In this document: positions 13,525 through 27,428 of the stretch, in pieces | Layout of the letters: each line of letters opens with the position of its first letter | How positions within the stretch are numbered: the first letter of the stretch is position 1 | From: Camelus dromedarius | Lineage: Eukaryota | Reading direction: 5' to 3' | DNA length: 64,000 nt | Assembly: GCF_036321535.1 (NCBI RefSeq) | Contig: NC_087436.1 | Coordinates: 40,550,001-40,614,000 of the forward strand | Translations under genes and position numbers: made by a program | Notes under the pieces: generated by a model | Database searches by the model: none | What the model saw: only the letters and a program-made list of their open reading frames with translations | What the model was told of the DNA's origin: nothing

Positions 13525-14595
13525 CTTTATAGATAAGAAAAATTTAGGTGAAAGTGGGAATAACAGAGGCTCAAAATTTGTCTTGAGTAGGTAATAAAAA
13601 TGCAGCTCTCCATAGCTATATTAGACATTCTAAATTATGGTTTTGTGCTGGAATTCAGGATGAATTCCAAATGACTCATCCAGGAAGCACATTTGAGAAT
13701 CAGGAACATGGAAGGGGGCCCCTCACTCCAAGTTCCATGCTTTTTCCACTTCACCACAAGTTCTTAGAATACTATGTATATACAATAAATTAATTATAAA
13801 TTGATACAGAGTATGCAGTGAATTCTTGATCACAGATTCTTGATATTATTGACAAGAAATGTCAACCTTTCTCCCAAGAAGTACTCAGATCTACCTATTT
13901 GGCTGCACAGTAGTCACTTTGGCTTTTTTCATATTATTGTGGCTGTGGTTATAGAGGTGGATGATTAAGATCTGATACGTGAATTCTGGTCAAAGATATA
14001 GCTGGGGAAAAACAATATGACATTTGGGTCATGATTTTACAGAGATTTTCAAGGAACATTCCTGGCAAGACATATGTGACAGCAATTGATTTGCCATCAT
14101 TAAATAAACACTACTAAAAAAACAAATCATTGAAATAGTTGACCTTATATAAAAGCTCAGATTATAAAATGCATTAAAATGGGTTCTCCAGGTTTATACC
14201 AGAAATACTAAGTGACTTGCCAATAGAAGGAAAATCAATCATAGAAATTTTCCCTTTTCACCAGATGTTTTACTCCGTCTAGGCAGATAAGTTAGCCCAT
14301 TAACTCTCTCTTAAGCAGAAAAGAAATTATCTCTAAAATTGTACCAATTACAGATAACACTCTGTTTATTATACTTTTATTTGGATAAAGAAAAAAAAAC
14401 TGAGGTATTACAAAAGCCTTGTGTTTTTGAAAACAATAATCTGCTTTCAGAAATTTAAATGATCAAATACAATTTTATTCTTTAAATATCTAAGATGGTA
14501 TTATTGTAATATCTTACCAACACAATAAAATTAGTTGCTCAGTATTATGAGGTTTTTTTGTTTTTTGTTTATTTAGTCAAAAGAAGAATAGCAAA

Positions 14596-15607
14596 TGTTA
14601 GAGTAGGCAGGTAGCTAGATATGAGCAGAGAAAGGGGTGCACGGGCCAAATGCAAGAAAGCCATATATCTTGTAAACAATGGCAGGTCCTTGGACAGACC
14701 AAGAAAAACAGGGACCTCTGGACTAACAATAATCCATATATTCTGGGGTGACAAGTATCCTAGAGACAGACAAAGAAAGGTGGAACAATACAGGAATCTC
14801 CACCATTTGAATGTAACCTTTTGCTCATTACGACCTCATCTGACTTCCAGATAAAGACTAAGTAAGGACAAAAAAAAAAAAAAAAAAAAAAATCCCTCCT
14901 CCCTACTCAGGAAGGTGGAGCTGGGATGAGGGATGAAGATCAGGAAAGATGACCCCAAACTCCTCCCCATCAATGAATATTCTGCCCATTCATTTTTACA
15001 CCTATATAACCAGCCTGCCAAAGAAACTCTTGGCAGGTACCCACATGGGTCTGCCTGCTCTCCCCTTGTGAGCATACCACCCCTTAATAAATCTTCAGTT
15101 TACTTTCCTTTTTTAAGTTGAAGTACAACCAATTACAATGTGTCAATTTCTGATGTACATCACAATGTCCCAGTCATGCATATACAGACATATATTCATT
15201 TTCATATTTTTTTATTAAAGGTTATTACAGGATATTGAACATAGTTCCTTGCGATATACAGAAGAAACTTCTTAAAAATCTGTTTTTACATATAGTGGCT
15301 AACATTTGTAAATCTCAAACTCCCAAATGTATCTCTTACCACCCTCTTTCCCCAGTAACCACAAGATTGTTTCTATGTCTGCGAGAAACTATGTTTTTGT
15401 TTTATAGATGAGTTCATAGTGTCTTTTCCTTTTTTTTTTTTTTAGATTCCACATTAAAGTGACATCATGTGGTGTTTTCTTTCTCTTTCTGGCTTACTTC
15501 ACTTAGAATGACGATCTCTAGGTCTATCCTCATTTTACTCTCTTGACCTCTGTGTCTTGTTTCTGAATTCTTTCTGTGACGAAACAAGAACCTGCTTGCC
15601 GACAACC
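14596..15607 (+). mobile_element. Solo LTR (ERV1-like), interrupted by an L1 fragment
   Basis: Begins TGTTA, has a TATA-like TATATAA near 15004 and AATAAA near 15086, and is colinear with the solo LTR at 17567-18146. Approximate 4-bp TSD caaa/caac. Confidence 0.75.
15108..15530 (-). mobile_element. L1 3' end inserted into the solo LTR
   Basis: Antisense L1 3'UTR homologous to 441-690, with approximate TSD ttcagtttactttc / ctcattttactctc. Confidence 0.8.
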
Positions 15608-16611
15608 CAACTTTGAATCAAAAGAATGGAGTTGAGGCTTCTCTCTGTCTCTGACATACAGATTGAGTAAGTCAGTATATCTCCTAAGCCTTGAATAGGT
15701 CACCTGTAAGATGCTTAATAACGCACACAGCAATCTCAGTGTTTAATAAGATGACAATCGTGAAATACTTTGTAAATTATGACATCACCTCATTGATGTT
15801 ATTAGTTTTATTAGGTTTCTTGTTAGAAAATTGAATCAGTTACAAATAAAATTTTATTAATAAGAAGTTATTAAATGCAAATATTTTGTAACTATTTCAT
15901 TAGGTGCCCTGAATATGTGCATTCCAAATCCTTATTCCTACAGTATCACAGAATAGGTATACATCTTACAGAACTTTCCCTTAAAAGAACAATATTTCTT
16001 AAAAAACTTTTTGTGAAGTGCCTCTTAAATGTAACAGACTCTGAATACGAATATTTTCACCTTGAATAAGAGTGCTGCTTTACAGAAATGCAACCTTCAT
16101 TAATTGTCATAATTTTTCCTCACTCCACACTGTAATGCTCCTATCTTTTCACTCACTTTTCATATTTCCTGAGGATGCACAGTACAATTATATAGACAGG
16201 ACTGCTTCAGTTCAAAACAATGCATATTAAAGACAATCAGCTATACCTCTTTAATAACAATTTATATCAGAAATTTTTATAGAATTCTGAAACTAAGGCT
16301 TACATTTTTTTCTTTTATATATTCTTGTTGTCTTTTCCCCATGTATAAAATATAGTTCATAAATTTTACTTTGAAAATTATTCCTTGTATTTTAATAAGG
16401 AAAATCATTGCTATATATTAATAAAGTTTCAAGATGTTAAAAAGCCTATATACTCAACTATCTAATAAAACACGTCATAAATTTCTACATATGCAGATCC
16501 ATAAATGAGTAACAGGACAGGAAAGGCCATTTGCTCAGGGAAATTCTCTTTGTTGAGGTGTCAAGAATATAAGTAAGTAGCAAGTGCGTAATGCCCAAGG
16601 AAAAGTGTATG

Positions 16612-16811
16612 CCACTGGGTATCAAACTTGGCTTCTAATTGGAATCACCAGCAGTTTTTTTTTTTTTTTTAATACTGAAACTTTTCTAAATTATGTTCTA
16701 AATTCCACCAGAGAGATTCTGATTAAGTTGGTATGGAGTGTGGCCTCAGTAGCAGGCTGTTTAAAATCTCCTTAGGTGATTCTAATACCGTGCAAAGTTT
16801 GAGAATCTTTG
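16612..16811. mobile_element. MER5-like hAT relic
   Basis: caaacttggc...ggaatcacc...gattctgatt...ggtgattctaat...aagtttgagaa pattern. Confidence 0.65.
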
Positions 16812-17566
16812 GTATAGACAGGATATGCTATGACTAGAAAGAGTAGCATGGTGATCCCAAAGGTCTGCTTTAATACAGCAGACAGTCCCTGGAGAAGCTG
16901 AGGGTTGAATGAACTCATGCAGAAAGGGTAGCATTTAGATTTTCTATGAACCTTAATAAGATACCTTGCAATGTATGATTTAGCAAATTTTCAACGTTTA
17001 AAAAGCTTAAGCTGAGAAAGCAGCAGATTTGAGTTGCTTTCGTTTTTATCGACACCTTAAAATATTAATGAAAATCATCGCTTGTATTTTTGCAAAAAAA
17101 TAAGACAAAGGATTGTCTAAGAGCCACAAGAGGAAAAAGGATATGAAGAACTTTTGTACTTAAAAATAAACTTTGACATTAATATCCACAGCCTGGGGCT
17201 TACATAATGCCTGACATCCTTCCCACCACGGATACCTCTAATACCACAGGATTTGCCATGATTAAACAGCAAGCCTGCCTGCCCTGCAGCCCACACCTGC
17301 TTCAGACTCTTCTTGCTCTCGTCTCCACCCAGCTAGTAGCTGTTAATATTAACTAGTATATAGCTCAAAGCAGTATTCCCAAGTGTGGGATGTGCTGCTT
17401 TCAGAATTCAAAAAAGCACCCCAGGCACTGATCTTCCTTTTTGGCACTGGGTGGTGCAGATGTATTAATTCATCCTTTACTTTGGAAGGAATATCCTAAC
17501 ATGTCCCAGATCACAGAGCCCCTAAAAGTGTTATTGATATATATCTTTGTGGGATTTATGTACTAC

Positions 17567-18146
17567 TTTTACAGCAGGCAGATAGCTAGATGTGAGCAGG
17601 AAAAGGGGGACATGGACCAAATGGCAGGAAACCATGCATCCTGTGCACAACAGGCATCCTTGGACAGACAGAAGAGCAGGAACTTCCTAACTGATAAGAA
17701 ACCACACGTTTGGGGTGACAAGTGTCCTGGAGGCAGACAAAGAAGGGTGGGAAAAGGCAGGAGTCTTCCCCATCTGAATGTAACCTTTGCCTCATTATGT
17801 CTTCATTACAATAAAATCAGCCTTGCAGATTAGAAGTACCCATCACGGCACTGACACCATGACTCTTCCAAATAAGACTAAATAAGGACAAAAATCCCTA
17901 CTCCCCTTGGGAGGTGGAGCTGGGATGAAAATCAGGAAATAAGATCCCAGAGCCCTCCCTCCCCAATGAATATGCCACCTATTCATTTTTACACCCCATA
18001 TAACCAGCTTGCCGAAGAAACTCAGTGCAGATACTCAACTGAGTCTTCCCACTCTCCCTTTGAGAAGTACTACCACTTAATAAATCCTCTATATCTCATC
18101 TCTGAATTCTTTCTGTAATGAGACAAGAACCTATTCTCTGGTAACA
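17567..18146 (+). mobile_element. Solo LTR (ERV1-like), same family as 14596-15607
   Basis: Ends TAACA, has a TATA-like motif near 17998 and AATAAA near 18080, approximate 4-bp TSD ctac/ccac. Shares blocks such as ggggtgacaagt, tgaatgtaacctt, ggtggagctgggatga, attcatttttacac and tctgaattctttctgt with the first LTR. Confidence 0.8.
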
Positions 18147-19139
18147 CCACCGTCTAGAGTCCACATGTTTCATCAAGGCCTCCAAGACACTAGTCGCTTC
18201 TTGCACATCCACTTTGATTATTATATGGGCTACTGTGACATTCTGCTGGTGTCCAGCTGGTTTGGATTTTTTGTTTTGCAGATCTTACCATAACAGGTGA
18301 CAGGATAGTTAAAGGTGAGAGAGTTAGCATAGATGTAGAGCGTGAATGTAGGCTCCTTTCCATTCCAAGTGCGTGTCAACTGTTGATACAGATGGTTATC
18401 TCTGACTCTGGAGGGCCTGACTTGTGCCACAATCTTATCTCTGAAATGACACCTATTATTAGGTGGATATAATGACATCAGTGGCAGGTCTGCATCACAT
18501 CACCTACTGTCAAGGCAGGAGTTTGGATCATCTGAAGCAAATGGAGGGAGGGAAGGATGATTGGCCCTTCCGTGCTTTGTGCTACTGGAACCAAAATGGG
18601 GGAGGGAAGGATGACTAAGTCCCATGAACAAACACCTGTGTTGGAGAAAAAAGAACAAAACAACAAAAATATTGTTTCAATTTCTGGCCTGCACTTGCCT
18701 GGAGAGTCTGGGACCAATGTTTAGAAAATTGTCTAATAGAGGGAAACACCGAGCTTCCCTCCTATCGGTTCCTTCCACTCATTCAACAAGACCGTTTACT
18801 GTCCTCTGCCCACACTGTTTAGGCACAACGTGCTGGATTCTGAGGACTTAGAAGCAGCAGTTCATCCTCTACTTAGGAGCTCTCAGTCTGTCTCTTGTTT
18901 GTAGTCAGGAACGTGCAACCCTGAGGACTGATGCTGCTGAGAGGGCACCCACAGCCACAATGGAGACATGCGATCTAGATTAACTTACTATCGGGTCAAG
19001 TGACAGTCATCCTACTTTTCTAATAAGTTTATTCCATAAAGTGAATAATGGGTCTCTTCCCACGCACCGTCCTAGGTGTGGGTAGAAAAGGATCATGTGT
19101 GCGACTGTGCCCTAACTTTGGGGCGCTCTAAATAGCTGC

Positions 19140-19640
19140 CCAGTCAGCGATGCTTCAGGTACCGGCAGCGGATGAAGGCACCTCCAGCCCCGGGCTCCCG
19201 CCCCCTCCCCTTCCCCCGGCTGGCGGGCGCGCGCGGGCCGGCAGCGGGGAGGCGGCGTGAGGGCGGCGGCGGCGCGGCGGGGCGGGTCCCGGGGCCGCGG
19301 AGCGCGTCGGAGCGAGCGCACGAGTCCCCGGCGCGCCCGCCGCGCTCTCCCCGCAGCCGCTCCCGCCCGGCGCCGCCCGCGCTCCGGGACAGGCCGAGGC
19401 TCCCACCCGCCGCGTCCAGGGGGACCGGCCTTCCGCGCGTCGTTCCCGCCCGGCTCCGGGCACCGCGTTGTCCCCGCGGAGGCCGAGGATCCCGGGGACG
19501 CCCGCAGCCCGAGGGAATCACCAGGGACCGGGCGGTCCTCGCCCAGAAGCCGGACCCGGCGCCAGACTCCAGAGGTGGCGCGCACGGTCAGGACAAGTTT
19601 CTCGCGGCTTGAAGGGGGTCCTGAAACCGCCGCTCGTTTT
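19140..19640. promoter_or_regulatory. CpG island, probable promoter or first exon of an unidentified gene
   Basis: About 500 bp of very GC- and CpG-rich sequence with GC boxes (GGGGCGGG, CCCGCCC) in an otherwise AT-rich, CpG-depleted window. Confidence 0.85.
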
Positions 19641-20265
19641 ATTGAATCAGCCTTTCCTCTCCTGTTTTAAATAAGTTTATTTAAGCAACAAAAAGGGAGT
19701 CTCCTGGTGGTTATCGGGCTCCAGGTATAATCCTGAAAAATGTTTTGCTTTCTGTGGTTATTTACATGTGCATGTTTATTAACCTTTTGGTATTTCGCTA
19801 GTTAAAAAATTGACATTTAAACTATTCCTAAAGTCACATTACAGCTTGGCTGCTGCGTTTGGGAATGCTGTTATTTCCCACTTCTGTCTTCCCTTGTTGT
19901 ACACAACGGGTCCTTTGGAAATGTTTTTTGCTTGTGATACTTCCACTTGGGGAACCTCTGGCAGGTTGCCAGCCTTTTGGTGGCTAGTATTAAGGTGTCG
20001 GTCGAGTAACAGGAAGATCCCTCTTAGCGCTGGTGCCGCTACCCCTTGTGAAGCCTTTATCTTAAGCTGATGGGAGTGTTTAAGCAATGCTTGGTTCGCC
20101 TATCCTGTTTCTTAAAACTTACTCAAGCTCTTTTGCCTTTACTCGGAGTGAGTGTACCTATTTGTTTGCATTGTACACTAACAATGCCTCCATCTTCAGT
20201 GAAGGAACTTTTAAATGAGCAAAGTCAAGTCTGCTGTCTTTTAGTCAAAGAAATTCAGGGTTGAG

Positions 20266-20309
20266 ATGGTGTCTAATTCTGTTCGATTAGATGCAATAAA
20301 AACTTTTAG
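20266..20309 (+). other. Candidate first coding exon segment (MVSNSVRLDAIKTF...)
   Basis: ATG in good Kozak context (gagATGG), 14 open codons, then a perfect AG|GTAAGT donor, about 0.6 kb downstream of the CpG island. Protein not recognised. Confidence 0.25.
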
Positions 20310-21341
20310 GTAAGTTTTGTAAAAAAGTGAATGACTTATCCTGATACACTTTTAAAGCCTCTCTTTGTAATAAAAGGATCTGCCCCATAAAATTGTGTAA
20401 GATTGCAATCAGCTGGTAATTGTTCATTTTTCCTTGACTAGTTGGGTAGAATAACATGAAAGTTTTTCATTTCTTCCTAGTTTCTAAATACAAATCAAAA
20501 CAAAATAAATGCACACAAATATAAATATAAATGCAAATAAATCCAAAATAGAGTGCATTGAAATAGAAACTCATATTCTATTTTACGTATCAATATATGT
20601 ATGTATGTGTGTAATGTACCTAGACAATGTCACAGAGTGCATTTGTCCTACCCTCTATCTTGAAGGGTTCTAGAGGTGGGAGTTTTCTTGGTTGTACTTC
20701 AGGCAGACTTGCTTCTCACTTGCCTACGGAAGCAGAGTTAATTAGCATGACACAGTTTTACACTCTTCTCCTGCGAGTAAAGCATGTTCTGTACTGGATT
20801 CTAATATTATTAAATTACTTTTAGCAATTTTATGTAATGTATTTTGAGCCCTCTAAATAAACATGTTTACATACTTATAGTTAATTTTGTGAAAGATAGA
20901 TATTGTCAAGGACTGATTAAAAGATTTCAATTATTGGAAAGAACCTGGTGTTCTTTCATTACTAATACACATCTTCTGATGGCATTCTCTTTTTTTTCTT
21001 TTACACTGTTTATGCAGCAAACTCCAGGAGGATTTTGTTTTACTTATGACTTTTTTTTTCCATCCAAGTATAGTTCAGGTGTTGGAGTAACCAAAATAGA
21101 TTACATTAACAAATAAGTGTGTCCCTTTGCTCATTTGGTAAAACCTTGCAATCAATACTTTGCAAAACTTTGCAGAGTGTACTCTGTGTTACATAAATTT
21201 GGTTTTATCACTGTGTATATGATTTGTCTTGTGATTCCAGAAAATAATTAGTACCTCTAGGTTTTCTTAAACAGCTTTTTTTTTAAAAAAAAACAGTGGA
21301 AATTTTTTTCTTGGTCAAGTCTTGAGGATGGAGAAGAAAAA

Positions 21342-21442
21342 AATATATATATATATTTAATAATACATTAATTTGTGTGTATATATATGTGTGTGTATAT
21401 ATATATGTGTATGTGTGTGTATATATAAATATATATATATAT
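21342..21442. repeat. (TA)/(TG) compound microsatellite
   Basis: Visible directly in the sequence. Confidence 0.85.
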
Positions 21443-21708
21443 TTCCACTAAATTCTAGAAATCCCAGAATAGAAACATTAGATACTGAAGTAAGGTTCAG
21501 TGTAAGGTACATCCTACATCTGAATGTGCCTGATACATGTTGGCTCTGGGAGTTACCATCATTCACAGTGTTGATATTGCCTCCAAAGTTTAAAGTCTGA
21601 TTGATGGAAGCGTCTATTCATTGAAAGTGGTTTGACTTAACGACTCCCTGTTGGCTGAGCTCTTATTTGTGAATTTTAGTGAAAGTTCTTTATTCACTTA
21701 TTCTACAG

Positions 21709-21730
21709 GTATTCCCTGGGCTGCCATCAG
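21709..21730 (+). other. Candidate 22-nt micro-exon
   Basis: Pyrimidine-rich ...ttattctacAG acceptor and CAG|GTAAAA donor. Phase-compatible with 20266-20309, reading R-YSLGCHQ. Confidence 0.2.
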
Positions 21731-23899
21731 GTAAAATTCTATTCTGTCTCTCCCTGGCATACTGTTATGTCATTTTACTATTTAAGAGCAAGAGAGGTGA
21801 ACATGACTTCTTATAGAAGCTTTCCACAGTACACAGATAATCCTTTATTAGTTGGATGTACACTACCAGTACCTACCACAGAGGGAAAGTAATGCTTGAT
21901 GTGAGAGTATGTAGCAGGGAGAACTGACCGATCTTGGCCATCAGGGAGGATTTTCTGACGCAGGAACATTTACATTTAAAGCCAGAGGATTGAGAAGGTG
22001 AAGCCAAGCAAAGTGTAGGAGAACAGGTCTAGACAAAGGAAGTGGCTGTGAGAACACCTGAGGTGGAAAAGCTGGACTTATCTGGGGAGCTGAGAAAGGA
22101 CTCGTTTGCCTGGAACTTAGTAGAGAGTGCATCATATAATCATAATTCATCCTGAGACATGAGACGGGGAGGCAGGCACAATGCCCTGGGACTTAGAAGA
22201 CAGGGCAAGGAACTCAGTTAGCAAGGACGGTATGATAATTGTGGGAGAAATACAAAGGATGTATGAAATGACCGTATGTCACTGCTGGGTCTCACGAAGT
22301 TCAGAAGGTCAGAGATGGCTTCACAGGGGAATTGTGTACATACTTTTTCACCTGTACCTGGTCTTCTAACGGTACCTCTTGAAGAGCCAAGACCTTTGTC
22401 TCTCCCTGCTGCTACAGCCCCACCCCTGGCTGAAGAAGTTACAGGTGCACATCAGTCTGTCCTGAGCTATTCAGAGCTAAGGAGACAAAGCAGAGATGAG
22501 CAGCTCTGTCACAGGACCAGATTTCAGGAGAGAGTATTTTATGAGAGTCCACATCAAAGTGTCAGTTTGGCTACAACAAAGTTCAGTTGAATAAAATAAC
22601 TGTAGAAAGTTTTGATTTTAGGTTAATCTTAATGTATGTATTTAAATACATTGGGCCAAATTTTACCCTCAGTTATACTAGTAAATGTTTAACCATCTAC
22701 TCTCCATAAAACAAACGAAAAACCAAAAATAAAAACCTAGTTTGTAATAGTCACCAATTTTTGTAGTGTAATATTCCCACCGTGGCATTCCAAGCTCCCA
22801 ACGTAAAGTCACTGAATGTAGATTTGGGAAGTGATGAGAAAATCGTTTCTCTTTCTCTCTCTCTCTGAAATATAACTGACATCACCATTATTTTGAAAAC
22901 CATTCCTCTTGAACTTCAGTATACCCCTGCGTTACCTTTAGCTACAGAAGGGGACATGGAGTGTTAATTAAAAGAAATATATGAGTAGCATTTTTACATC
23001 TCCTGAAAGGAAAAAATGCCCCCAATGGTTTCCTGGTATCATTCATAAATGTTGAGGGCACATACATTTCTGCATAATCACAGGTAATTTTACCAGTGAC
23101 CTGCCTTTCACTTCTGACGTTAAGAAACAAACTGTGAAATGCTGGTATCTGAAATGTAAAATGTTGCAATACATTTTCTATTCAGTCAAAATCGCTTCAC
23201 AGAGACATTAAAAGCTACCATTGTAACACAGACATAGAAAGATGTGAAATATTATACCCTGTAGTTATAACCTACGATTTTACTCCAATAAGCTATATAA
23301 TATTAAAAGTACAATACTATGAACTACCATTCACATGAAGAAACTTCAGTTTCAGTTAGTTCTTCACTTCCTCAGGTGATCTGTATTTCTTAAATTACAC
23401 ATAGCTAGGCATATGGGGCTATGACACAACATGTACCCTCGCACCCCTCCCATCCCGTCCCCACAGTCTCCGTTTCCGCATCCAAATCCTATCCTCCTTC
23501 AGGGCTCTGCCTAAATCCTCCCTCCTCCTATACGTCTCACTACCATCCCTGGTTACCAGGGTCTCTTTATTCTCTTATCTCATGACAGCTGTTTATCTCT
23601 ACCATCATGGCCTTTGCTTTGTATCTGAAAATCCTTCATACAATTTATATGGCTACACGCATGCACACACACACACACACCCTGCTATATAAATACTCAT
23701 ACACATATACCTACACATACATTGTGAACGTATGTACACACACACATACACACGTATATATTTATGTGTCCATAGAAATATGTGTGTATTAAATACATTT
23801 AATATATTCATTCAATATTTGTTCAATAAGTGAACTGAAATATATAATTTAAAGGTATAAAATATAACTATATTCCTTGTGATATTGAGACGTAACATT

Positions 23900-24324
23900 T
23901 GTCTCAGTTATCTATTGCTACCTAACAAACAATTCTAAACCTCAGTGGCTGGGACAACACCATTTTGATATCTCTCATGGTTCTGTTGGTTGATCGGGAT
24001 CCCCTGAGTAGTTCTCTTCCTGGTCTCACTTGGGTCTCAGGTAGCTGCGGTCAGATGAGCCTGGGGCCGAGGCCGTGGGGCTGCTGGGCTGCTCTCCCTC
24101 TCCATGGAACCCAGGGCCTCTCCTCCCCTCAGGAGATCTCTGAGTGTTCTCTCCAGCAGGACAGATAAACTGCTTACATGGACCATAGGAGCTGCCCATC
24201 CTTCTTAAGGTTTAGCTGGGACCTGGTAGTGTCACTTGCTCCATGATATAGGGCCAGCTTCAATCCTAGAACTTCTTGGCTAGGGAGATGACAAAGAATT
24301 TGTAGCCATCTTTAATCCACCACA
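23900..24324 (-). mobile_element. MLT1-type MaLR solo LTR
   Basis: Minus strand begins tgtggtggattaaagatggctacaaattctttgtc and ends ...gtagcaatagataactgagaca, as in MLT1 LTRs. Confidence 0.7.
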
Positions 24325-27300
24325 GTATTCTTCACTAATCATCCTATTGGTGAAACTCACAAAAGTTGAGAGCCAAAAGTTTCCTCACGATAATTTAATC
24401 AAATCCCCCCAGTTTACAAGTGAGGGTACTAAAGAAAGGTATGAGGAAACACAGATGGGCCAATGACCCTGATTGAAAGTTTATATGTTTCATAGCATTT
24501 ACCAAACTAGCTGGCATATAGTATGTTAGTCTGGCTCCTTAGATAAGTAGAAATCAAAATGGGGTTAAATTGTTCAGGAAATTCATTAGGGGGAAAACCA
24601 GTGAGAGAAATTGGGGCGGAGGGATGAGAAAGGTTGAGCAAGCCATCCAACCTCCGTGCAGTCTGACCACAAGTAAAGGGGAGAGGGAAAGAAGGAAAGA
24701 CAGTTTGGCGGAAGCACCTTTGGTGCAGTACTCAGAAAAGACCAGTAAAGTTTTGGAGAATCCTCAGGAAGCCCTTAAATAAAAATCATCATCAGAAGAC
24801 CCCTGAGTCTCCCAGGAATTCTCAGCCTTAGTATCCCTGCCATGTAAGCCAATGACTGGGAGCAGCCTCTGGGAAGTGTGGCTCCCAAACCAACATGGCA
24901 ACACACTGCAGAGCTCAGTGGCTGGGGCTGTCCGGTAACTATGCTCCATGCAGTTGATGACAGGAGACGTGTTCTGCTGGCCAACACAGTAGATGCTCAA
25001 GAAACACTTGACAACATAGAGATTCACTAATATGAAAATGCAAGGGTTTAGTATCTTTTCCTCTAAGAAGCATCAACTTTCTTACTTGTTAGAAACTTCC
25101 CTTAATTTTAAAAAGTCATTGAAACTTGACAGGGATTTTAAATTATAATATAACAGGATATTTCAAGAAATATTAACTATTTCTGGTAAGTAAAAAAAAA
25201 TATTTTGAATAGTTTTCACATGAAATTGTGCTTTCCCCCCAAAAAATGGAATATTATAGACAATGATTCTACCAATAACTATTTCATTTGGCTTACATAC
25301 CAACCTCTTGGTCTGTAACCAGAGTTCATTTTGTCTCAGAAGTGTTTAATTTTCTCAGCCACAAGGATATCTTGATGTAAGAGAAACCTAACTGTATGTA
25401 TATACATTTCTAAAACAATAAATTAAATTCTGGAACCCTATTTGCAGACCAACCACGAGTTTATTGCCCTAGTAAATTCAGAATGTAAATGTACTGACAA
25501 AAGACAGTGTGCATAAAACTTTTAAGAAAAAAACATCTATTGTTTTAAGTGAGGCACTTAATGAAATAGTTCTAAACTCCACAATCTGTTCAATGTGCAT
25601 AATCAAATACAAATAGCTTCGTTAAAGCTTTACACGATGCTCACCTTGATGATAAAATGGTGGTGTACTGGGAAGATGCTGCCTCCAGAGTCTTAAATCT
25701 GTATTAGTTATGGAATTTGGTGCCCAGCTCAGTGAGGTGAAGTCTCCTTGTAGATAAATCTGAAGTCTTTTTCATGGTGGAGATTGAGGCCCAGCAAGGG
25801 TCAGTGTCTACTCCGCTGAATGGAGCTAGGAGTATTCTCAGACCACCTTTCCACCAGAGACTTTTTCTCCTTCCACCCCCATCCAATGTCTGCCATCCAG
25901 ATCTGGGAGAAGGAAAGGATTTTTCTACTCACCAAAAGCAGTTTCTTTTTCTAATAGTCTGCCATTTTTGCAAGTAAACAAGACTTAGTACTTCAGGCTG
26001 AATCCTGTATAAATACATTCTTCTGTTCAGAATACACTTTACTGGAGTCCTTGCCAATTCTGGTATGCTGGACATTATTATATTTTGTATCAGTCTGACT
26101 TTATATATGTAAGTGGCTCACAGATGAAAACTAACTGTTTGAGATGGCTTCAGATGTGGGCTGTGGTCATTTCTGACACATGATAGAGGCTAATGTCTGT
26201 GATACCTATTGGTTCCTTGACGAGAGACTTCATTCTTCCAGTGTCTGTGGACAGCCAGAACTCATCTTTTTTTTCAAGTCAAACTTTGGCTTTGTAATCA
26301 ATTTGGATTTCAGTATCAACTGAAAATGGCCCCAGGGAAGGGGTAGGAGGGTCTTCCAACAATTAAAGGCTCTACTGCAAAAATACATTTTCAGTATTTA
26401 GGAGATTATCTTAATACATGTAAATTTGGATCCTCAGGACCAAGATCATTTAAATAAGCACATGTAGAACACTTGTGGATGTCGCTGGATTCCACAGAAC
26501 CTACGGCAAGAACTTACAGAGCTCTCAGTTGAAGGCTTTCCCTTTTCCACTGACAGATACCTTGCTGTAGCAGGCGGTGGTTTTGTCTCATCCTCTGTTG
26601 CTCCTTGTGACCACATATTCTATGCTTGATGATAGTCCCTTACTTGAATAGACTGGAAAATGTTTTTCTTGGGTGAACCATTATCCAATCAAGAACTAAT
26701 CAATGAATGATATTTTCCAAAGTAAAGGCTCTAGACACCCCTTCTCTCCCATCTCTAAAGGCATTTTGTTTGCTATTATTGCACACATGGGGCTTTATCC
26801 TGGAATTCAGTGAATCTTTTTTGTCAGCAACTTGATTTGGTGTTGAAAAGAATATCTTCATAGATGTCATCTCCTCCCCCTCATGGAAGTAGCTGGCAGT
26901 CTTTGGATAGGTGCCCTGTTGTGGATATTGGTGATCTTTGAAGGGAAGGAGAAAACAACAATGATCAACAGGAATGTTGAGGTAGATGTCTGTTACATCC
27001 AAATTTCAATCTTATTTTATTTCTCTGCCTCAGATCTAATGAATATATACTTCTCTCTAAATTATGAAAAATGAAGGCAGTATCAAAGCATACAGAGTGT
27101 CATGATCTTAAAATTATTCTCTAGGTGGATCCACAATTACAGATCAACATCCTTTTTTGAAAATGCCTTTGAGGAAACTACTGTTAAGTCATGTTAGTAG
27201 TCTAATCAGCTTAACTGTGAAATCAAGATGAATACATCTTGATAATAAGTACTTACATAGGTTTTCATGAATTAAAATTTATATATCTATAGCAAATTCA

Positions 27301-27428
27301 GAATTTTTTAAAGCCAATTTATTTCTGTTATATTATTTTAGAATTCTGAAAATTATCTGAATTAGAGAGAAGTATGCACACAGAAGCACATTCGTACACA
27401 TCTTCTAAACATGAAGACTGAAACTGAC

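Noticed and set aside
17441..17833. 130-aa ORF with a hydrophobic segment
   Set aside because: It starts at TTG, spans the junction between flank and solo LTR, and resembles no protein I recognise.
14596..18146. A single provirus bounded by the two similar LTRs
   Set aside because: The LTRs are clearly diverged, each has its own approximate TSD, there is no PBS or PPT, and the DNA between them contains an older MER5-like relic.
19112..19674. Six overlapping ORFs of 68-157 aa in the CpG island
   Set aside because: Low-complexity Arg/Pro/Gly/Ala translations on both strands are expected in stop-poor GC-rich DNA.
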